A stretch of DNA of 4,152 nt from a virus. Lineage: Duplodnaviria; Heunggongvirae; Uroviricota; Caudoviricetes. A model generated the notes under the pieces. That model saw only the letters and a list, made by a program, of their open reading frames with translations. It was not told the DNA's origin and searched no databases. Each line of letters starts with the position of its first letter. Position 1 is the stretch's first letter. The DNA lies in IMG/VR virus record IMGVR_UViG_2877953467_000005. One strand, 5' to 3'. The translations under genes and the position numbers were made by a program. This document shows, in pieces, positions 1-4,152 of this stretch.

Positions 1-981
1 TTATAACGTCACTCCGCCTTTTAGTGGATTCAGAGCGACGGCATTTTGCAGATAGTCAGGCGCAAGGTGCGCATAGGCCATCGTCTGCTGAATGCTCGCA
101 TGTCCCAGAATCTGTTGCAGTGCGATTATATTGCCCCCATTCATCATGAAATGGCTTGCGAATGTATGCCGCAGGATGTGGGTTGCCTGATTGGGTGGTA
201 TATCAGGTTTCACTCTGCGTAAAATCCCGCAAAATTTCTCATAATCAACTTTGAATAATTTGGCGCTGGCCTCCTCTTTAACTTTTTTCTCCAGTTCCTC
301 AGAAATCGGCACGGTTCGCTTTTTACCGTTTTTGGTTTTCAGGAAGGTAACCCTGCAATTTGTAATCTGTGCTGGTTTTAGCGTGGCAACTTCCGTCCAT
401 CTTCCTCCGGTGCTCAGACATAAAAGCGCGACAAGTAAGTCATCACCAGCCAAAACATTTAACAGTTTTTCGATTTCTGCTTTTTCCAGGAACGTCATTT
501 CAGGGTTGGCCTCCGCCAGTGGCGGCAGTCCGTGAATTGGGTGTTGCCCGGAAAATTCATCCAATTGAATTAATTTTGTGAACATGCCGGATAATCGGTA
601 CATGTCACGGTTTATCGTTGCGGCACTGATACCATCACGTAGTCGCATGGAACGATAATCCATCAAAGCCCTTTTGCTCATCCTGCTCACTGGTATATCA
701 CCTATGCCGCTGATGGTTTTGAGTAGATGATTAAACTCTTTTGTTCCATGCTCGTGGTTTTGCCCGTGATATTTCCACCAGATGTCCAGCAACTCACTCA
801 AAGTCCGGCGGTCTGCTCGCTGGCCTCCCCATTCTTTCTGACTGGCATTGGCGATTGTGTATCGCTCAAATGCTAGTGCTTCAGCTTTTCTTTCGAATTT
901 CCTGCGGATGCGTTTTCCGTCGCGACCGCGAGGTCTAATGTCCACTTCATAGCGACCATCATCGAGCTTCTTAATTGCCAT
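1..981 (-). CDS. int: Phage tyrosine integrase (P2 Int-like), site-specific recombinase
   Basis: Minus-strand ORF 1..1011 (336 aa); stop codon is revcomp of 1..3. The internal Met at 979..981 begins MAIKKLDDGRYEVDIRP, which I recall as the P2 Int N-terminus, and is preceded by GGAGGG (revcomp of 989..994) with a 7-nt spacer, so 981 is the likelier start than 1011. C-terminal tyrosine-recombinase motifs are visible: HILRHTFASH and LGHASIQQTMAYAHL (catalytic Tyr). Confidence 0.92.
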   Translation of the reverse strand: MAIKKLDDGRYEVDIRPRGRDGKRIRRKFERKAEALAFERYTIANASQKEWGGQRADRRTLSELLDIWWKYHGQNHEHGTKEFNHLLKTISGIGDIPVSRMSKRALMDYRSMRLRDGISAATINRDMYRLSGMFTKLIQLDEFSGQHPIHGLPPLAEANPEMTFLEKAEIEKLLNVLAGDDLLVALLCLSTGGRWTEVATLKPAQITNCRVTFLKTKNGKKRTVPISEELEKKVKEEASAKLFKVDYEKFCGILRRVKPDIPPNQATHILRHTFASHFMMNGGNIIALQQILGHASIQQTMAYAHLAPDYLQNAVALNPLKGGVTL

Positions 982-1050
982 AAGAAAGCCCTCCGGCGCT
1001 GTATTCACCATCTTGGTAGCAAATGGTGAAAATGTAATCTTTATATAGAG

Positions 1051-1344
1051 TTAGCCAATCCTTTTCGCGGAGTGGTTGGACTCTGTTGACTCTGGCCCAA
1101 TGTGCGCGAGAGCCGGTGCGATTTGTCCTGCGTCCGGCGCGGTTTTATCTGTCATAAGCCATAGAGCATATTTTTGGAATGTGGGATGCATAGTGATTTT
1201 TAGCAAAGCTGTGCCACCGGGTTCAAAGTTTCCTCCTTCATATTTTTTAAGTGTGCTTAGCGGTAACTCTATGATTTCACAGAATTTTGATTGGCTTAGC
1301 CCTTCAGCCTCACGCAAGGCCTTAATCTTTTCGCTTAATTTCAT
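1051..1344 (-). CDS. C: Immunity repressor, P2 C-family, HTH DNA-binding protein
   Basis: 97-aa minus-strand ORF divergent from cox. An HTH-like segment (LSQSKFCEIIELPLSTLKKYE) and the C-terminal stretch FQKYALWLMT...APDAGQIAPALAH resemble P2 repressor C as I recall it. Size (~99 aa) and position between int and cox match P2 organisation. No strong SD upstream of the start. Confidence 0.85.
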   Translation of the reverse strand: MKLSEKIKALREAEGLSQSKFCEIIELPLSTLKKYEGGNFEPGGTALLKITMHPTFQKYALWLMTDKTAPDAGQIAPALAHIGPESTESNHSAKRIG

Positions 1345-1403
1345 TTGACATGGTGCCTATATAGGGACTAAATCCCCTCAAAACTGGAACCTATATAGGT
1401 TCC
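1345..1403. promoter_or_regulatory. Early promoter/operator switch region: consensus -35 TTGACA (1345..1350, + strand) plus two copies of palindromic CCTATATAGG (1356..1365 and 1390..1399)
   Basis: TTGACA lies immediately next to the C start codon and is oriented toward cox. A weak -10 candidate CTAAAT/TAAATC sits at about 1368..1374 (17-18 nt spacer). The 10-bp self-complementary core CCTATATAGG occurs twice, 34 bp centre to centre; the second copy is inside a perfect 18-bp palindrome GGAACCTATATAGGTTCC (1386..1403). Placement across the -35/-10 and just downstream matches the operator layout known for P2 Pe. Exact promoter elements are inferred. Confidence 0.55.
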
Positions 1404-1465
1404 ATTGATTTGAGAATAAACCAGCATCTAAACGGTTTTGAGTGGTTTAGAAAGGGCTGGATCCT

Positions 1466-1753
1466 ATGAGGGTACCATATATGGACGCTGAAAATTATGT
1501 GATTCAGTATCCGCTTGATGCGGTTCATGTGGATAAATTTGCTGATTTATTAGGGAAGCCAAAGACAGCCGTCAGTGAAATGGTGAAGGCAAATAAATTA
1601 CCAATTATTGAATTGCGTGATCCTTGCAAACCGAAGGCTCGTGCCGGTGAAAAATGGGTTTTCATTCCTGAGTTTAATCGCGCTGTACGTGAGGCGTTTT
1701 ATAACCGACCGGTTGAACAGCGTGATGCATGGCTTTTGTGGATGGGGTTGTGA
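1466..1753 (+). CDS. cox: Cox-like excisionase / early-operon regulator
   Basis: 95-aa ORF. The C-terminal half (AGEKWVFIPEFN...FYNRPVEQRDAWLLWMGL) resembles P2 Cox as recalled (AGEYWVYLPAWN...RPKEIRDGWLMWLGL). First gene rightward of the switch region. Alternative start at 1481 (MDAENYV) has a GAGGG SD at 1469..1473; the 1466 start has AAGGG at 1452..1456. Confidence 0.8.
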   Translation: MRVPYMDAENYVIQYPLDAVHVDKFADLLGKPKTAVSEMVKANKLPIIELRDPCKPKARAGEKWVFIPEFNRAVREAFYNRPVEQRDAWLLWMGL

Positions 1754-1755
1754 TT

Positions 1756-1926
1756 ATGAATGAGCCGCGTTGTATTGCTCAGTTATTGCGTAACGAAAGC
1801 CCCAGGGCGATTGACTTCACCATCACCCACGGTAAGGGGCGTAAGGGAATCATTATCCGCACCAAAAAACAGAGTCCGTTAAAAAAGGCTCTGACCTTTC
1901 TGAAAAGCCGGAGGGTATGGAAATGA
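1756..1926 (+). CDS. Small basic hypothetical protein (position of P2 orf78)
   Basis: ORF track gives 1729..1926. The ATG at 1756 lies 2 nt after the cox stop (TGA 1751..1753), and its own stop (TGA 1924..1926) overlaps the B start in an ATGA arrangement, consistent with translational coupling. The protein is K/R-rich (GKGRKGIIIRTKKQSPLKKALTFLKSRR). No family recognised. Confidence 0.5.
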   Translation: MNEPRCIAQLLRNESPRAIDFTITHGKGRKGIIIRTKKQSPLKKALTFLKSRRVWK

Positions 1927-2423
1927 CAGTGATGACGCTCAATCTCGTTGAAAAACAGCCAGCAGCTATGCGCCGGATAATTGGCAAGCATCTTGCCGTC
2001 CCTCGCTGGCAGGATACATGTGATTATTATAATCAGATGATGGAGCGCGAACGGCTAACGGTTTGCTTTCATGCACAGTTAAAACAGCGTCACGCAACGA
2101 TGCGTTTTGAAGAAATGAACGACGTCGAACGTGAACGACTGGTTTGTGCAATTGATGAATTGCGTGGCGCATTCTCAAAACGCCGTCAGGTCGGCGCAAG
2201 TGAGTATGCATATATTAGTTTTTTAACAGTCAGTCAGCGTCGTACTTTATTTATGCATGCGGGATTGACAGAAAAAGAATTCAATCAGCCGTACTGGCGA
2301 ATTAATGAAGAATCATGTTACTGGCGTGATGCTTTATTCCGTGCATTACGTGAATTATTCAGTCTGTTTGAGTATGCACCGACAATTCTGACGTCGGTAA
2401 AACCAGAGCAATATCTGCATTAA
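1923..2423 (+). CDS. B: Replication protein B (P2 gpB-like, helicase-loader-type)
   Basis: ORF 1917..2423. The start at 1923 (MTVMTLNLVEKQ...) has GGAGGG at 1910..1915 with a 7-nt spacer and gives 166 aa, the size I recall for P2 B. The sequence closely resembles P2 B from memory. Stop TAA at 2421..2423. Confidence 0.85.
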   Translation: MTVMTLNLVEKQPAAMRRIIGKHLAVPRWQDTCDYYNQMMERERLTVCFHAQLKQRHATMRFEEMNDVERERLVCAIDELRGAFSKRRQVGASEYAYISFLTVSQRRTLFMHAGLTEKEFNQPYWRINEESCYWRDALFRALRELFSLFEYAPTILTSVKPEQYLH

Positions 2424-2486
2424 ATAATTAACCAGAGTTTTTAACGCACTTAATCGTGCGGGGCTTCTTTTTGCCTGGAGAAAGTC

Positions 2487-2711
2487 ATGCATACAGTTTC
2501 TGAAAATCAGTGCGGTAAATACGCATTACTGCTGCAACAGGCCAGAACCGAAGCACAGGCCGACGCTGCGACGCGCTTTTCTTCTCATCTTGACGCCATG
2601 ATTCGCCACATCACAAAGGCGGAGTTATCCCGCGTGGAGATAGTTGAGCTGCTCAGTCAGGAGTCGGAAAAATTTCACAATATCGGATTGTCTCGCGGGG
2701 AGGTGCTTTGA
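2487..2711 (+). CDS. Hypothetical early protein (P2 orf80-like)
   Basis: 74-aa ORF with GGAG SD at 2477..2480 and a 6-nt spacer. Its stop TGA (2709..2711) overlaps the next ATG (TGATG). Position and size match P2 orf80. Confidence 0.7.
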   Translation: MHTVSENQCGKYALLLQQARTEAQADAATRFSSHLDAMIRHITKAELSRVEIVELLSQESEKFHNIGLSRGEVL

Positions 2712-3013
2712 TGTCCTGTTCTCGTTCGGTTGTATTACTGAATAACGCCTTAAAAATCGCCGTTATGAAAAATGGTGATTTGTCTCTTATTCAACTTGGT
2801 ATTGATAAAGAGAAGCGCGAAATAACTGAATCTGTTATCGCGATTTATCAGAGTGAATTAAACCTCCTGTCTGATGTGGTCAATTTACTTGTTAAACGCG
2901 CTGTATTCCACAAGCAAATTTCCTCAGTGGATGAACTGACAAAATTAACGACAGAACTCGCCAGTTATTGCGCTGATGAATTTAAGAAGCTGAACGACAA
3001 AAGGAGCTGGTAA
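2711..3013 (+). CDS. Hypothetical early protein (P2 orf81-like)
   Basis: ORF track starts at TTG 2708; ATG 2711 is preferred because GGAGG at 2699..2703 gives a 7-nt spacer. 100 aa. Stop TAA (3011..3013) overlaps the next ATG (TAATG). Confidence 0.7.
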   Translation: MSCSRSVVLLNNALKIAVMKNGDLSLIQLGIDKEKREITESVIAIYQSELNLLSDVVNLLVKRAVFHKQISSVDELTKLTTELASYCADEFKKLNDKRSW

Positions 3014-3237
3014 TGCCGGACAACGTGGATTTTATTCAGGAACAACAGGCTGAATTACTGGAGCGCCAGATTAACGCGGCAAGGGTAAAACATTGCGGTG
3101 TTTCTGCGCTGGTTTGCGAAGAGTGTGACGCGCCAATACCTGCTGCCCGTCGTGCGGCTTATCCGTCAGCCACGCGTTGTGTTTCCTGTCAGTCAGTCTT
3201 TGAAGCAAAAAACAAACATTACCGGAGAACGGCATGA
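3013..3237 (+). CDS. TraR/DksA-family C4 zinc-finger protein (P2 orf82-like)
   Basis: 74 aa with AAGGAG SD at 3001..3006. Contains CEEC-x17-CVSC, the CxxC-x17-CxxC signature of the TraR/DksA zinc finger. Stop TGA overlaps the next ATG (ATGA at 3234..3237). Confidence 0.8.
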   Translation: MPDNVDFIQEQQAELLERQINAARVKHCGVSALVCEECDAPIPAARRAAYPSATRCVSCQSVFEAKNKHYRRTA

Positions 3238-3361
3238 GTATTCGTATTGAAATTGGCGAACGTTATGTCGTTACCAGTGACAGCTTTCAGTTTATTCTCC
3301 ACGAGAAAAAGAGAGCGGAAAGCGGTAAAAACGCCGGTCAGGAATGGCTGGCGGTGGTTGG
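3234..3361 (+). CDS. Hypothetical early protein (P2 orf83-like), 3' end lost in assembly gap
   Basis: ATG 3234 with GGAG at 3223..3226. The N-terminal 42 aa (MSIRIEIGERYVVTSDSFQFILHEKKRAESGKNAGQEWLAVV) run straight into the N run. The ORF-track continuation to 3530 reads through the gap in an arbitrary frame and is not trusted. Confidence 0.6.
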
Positions 3362-3372
3362 NNNNNNNNNNN
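3362..3372. other. Run of 11 N: assembly or scaffold gap of unknown true length
   Basis: Literal n characters in the sequence. GC content and gene content differ on either side. Confidence 0.95.
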
Positions 3373-3510
3373 AACTTTTTGGGGTCAGTACATCGAGGGG
3401 CTTTCTGTTTTGGGGAATATTCTTCATTAAAAGTAGTGGATCACGTTTAATAAACTATGTTTATCATATACTTAAAAGTCAATCTTTAAAGTTGGACAGG
3501 TTGGTGGAAA

Positions 3511-4152
3511 ATGGAAAAAGTTATAATTGAGCTTGATAATCGTTGGGAGTTAGCTGATTTCGCGGTCTTAACGAAAGAGTATTTGCAGCTATATGGTTTT
3601 TTTTATGGCCTAAAAGGAGGATCAAGAGGATATTCAACAATGCCTTGGGAGGGTGGGCACAGTGTGGTGAACTTTTTTAGAGGGGCTTACAGTGCGACTC
3701 CACCAGATTTACGTCCTGTAGTGAAAAAAATTCAGTATGCCTCTCCTGGCTTTATTGAATTGTCTGCTCTTATTGATATCTCTTGGCAGATTGCTGAGTT
3801 AGTTACTGCTGTTGGTGGAAGTATTCTGGCTGCCAACAAAGTTTACGATCAGGTGATGCGTACATATCGACAAAGAGAATGGGCAAAGTTGAAATCAGAG
3901 AAGCTGCGTATACAGAATCAAATTAAAGAGATTGAACTTGTTTCTGACGCAGTTAAATCACTTGAATCTGTGATGGCACTTAGTGAAGAACAACGTAAAA
4001 ACTTGGTTCAACTATCGGGGGCAGATGAACTGGTTCAGTTAAAGATACTTTTGGCTGTTTACCGACGGTTATCTCCTCTTGTTGAGTTGCAAAACAGCGG
4101 GAAAGCTAATTTTTCTGCTGGGAAAAATAAAAATTTAAAAGCGTCCGATTAA
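3511..4152 (+). CDS. Hypothetical protein, 213 aa, no recognisable family; candidate accessory or cargo gene (possible superinfection-exclusion or anti-phage function)
   Basis: Complete ORF from ATG 3511 to TAA 4150..4152, coherent over 213 codons. The region is AT-rich (about 37% GC in two 60-nt samples versus about 52% in B). Weak SD GGTGG at 3503..3507. Predicted N-terminal globular part, a central amphipathic hydrophobic stretch (FIELSALIDISWQIAELVTAVGGSILAA) and a K/E-rich C-terminal region that looks helical or coiled-coil. No Walker A, nuclease or other catalytic motif recognised. Confidence 0.6.
   Translation: MEKVIIELDNRWELADFAVLTKEYLQLYGFFYGLKGGSRGYSTMPWEGGHSVVNFFRGAYSATPPDLRPVVKKIQYASPGFIELSALIDISWQIAELVTAVGGSILAANKVYDQVMRTYRQREWAKLKSEKLRIQNQIKEIELVSDAVKSLESVMALSEEQRKNLVQLSGADELVQLKILLAVYRRLSPLVELQNSGKANFSAGKNKNLKASD

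Noticed and set aside
251-938. Plus-strand ORFs 251..535, 369..581 and 741..938 inside the integrase gene
   Set aside because: They are antisense to a well-supported integrase CDS, have no RBS and give low-complexity, non-protein-like translations; treated as spurious.
982-1011. Longest-ORF start for integrase at 1011 (MVNTAPEGFL...)
   Set aside because: The internal Met at 981 has a strong GGAGGG SD and matches the recalled P2 Int N-terminus; the upstream extension has no RBS.
1076-1348. Plus-strand 90-aa ORF antisense to the C repressor gene
   Set aside because: It overlaps the repressor CDS entirely, which has recognisable HTH and P2 C-like motifs; the antisense frame is most likely a chance open frame.
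1917-1922. ATG at 1917 as the B start (MEMTVM...)
   Set aside because: It lies only 1 nt after the GGAGGG SD, whereas ATG 1923 has 7-nt spacing and an ATGA overlap with the upstream stop.
1779-2211. Minus-strand ORFs 1779..1991 and 1966..2211 antisense to the orf78-like and B genes
   Set aside because: The sense-strand genes have coupled starts, RBSs and P2-like products; the antisense frames are Cys/His/Arg-rich with no start context.
3440-3475. Sigma70 promoter for the 213-aa ORF (TATACT at 3467..3472)
   Set aside because: The -10-like hexamer has no convincing -35 partner at 16-18 nt spacing. In AT-rich DNA such hexamers occur by chance, so it is not reported as a feature.
3234-3530. ORF-track entries 3234..3530 (98 aa) and 3247..3450 (67 aa) reading through the N run
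   Set aside because: Translation across N is meaningless because the gap length and frame are unknown. Only 3234..3361 is accepted as a partial CDS; the post-gap part is reported separately as a speculative finding.
3640-4152. Internal start at Met44 (3640) for the 213-aa ORF, downstream of AAGGAGG at 3613..3619
   Set aside because: The strong SD is about 20 nt from that ATG, which is too far, and the upstream 43 codons are in frame and protein-like; kept as an alternative only.
3511-4152. Nucleotide-binding or nuclease motif in the 213-aa protein
   Set aside because: GLKGGSRG and GGSILAANK do not fit the Walker A pattern GxxxxGK[ST], and no PD-(D/E)xK, HNH or Toprim pattern is evident by eye. 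No enzymatic call is made.
1-4152. tRNA, attachment-site core, CRISPR repeats or IS elements
   Set aside because: No cloverleaf-like segment, repeat-spacer array or terminal inverted repeats were seen. Any attP/attL site would lie beyond the 3' end of int, outside the window start.

Overview
This window is the lysogeny-control and early-replication region of a P2-family temperate phage or prophage (enterobacterial-type composition, about 50% GC). On the minus strand are a tyrosine integrase (1..981) and a C-type immunity repressor (1051..1344). A compact switch region (1345..1465) carries a consensus TTGACA -35 box and two copies of a palindromic CCTATATAGG element. The rightward early operon follows with tight translational coupling: cox-like (1466..1753), an orf78-like small basic ORF (1756..1926), replication gene B (1923..2423), orf80-like (2487..2711), orf81-like (2711..3013), a TraR/DksA-type zinc-finger protein (orf82-like, 3013..3237) and an orf83-like ORF that is cut by an 11-nt run of N at 3362..3372. 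Beyond the gap the composition drops to about 37% GC and there is one complete 213-aa ORF (3511..4152) that I cannot assign to any family. It is the best candidate for novel accessory cargo, possibly a superinfection-exclusion or anti-phage gene, but its function is inferred from context only. Names for the P2-like genes rest on recalled similarity to phage P2 proteins and on motifs visible in the translations; no database search was run.
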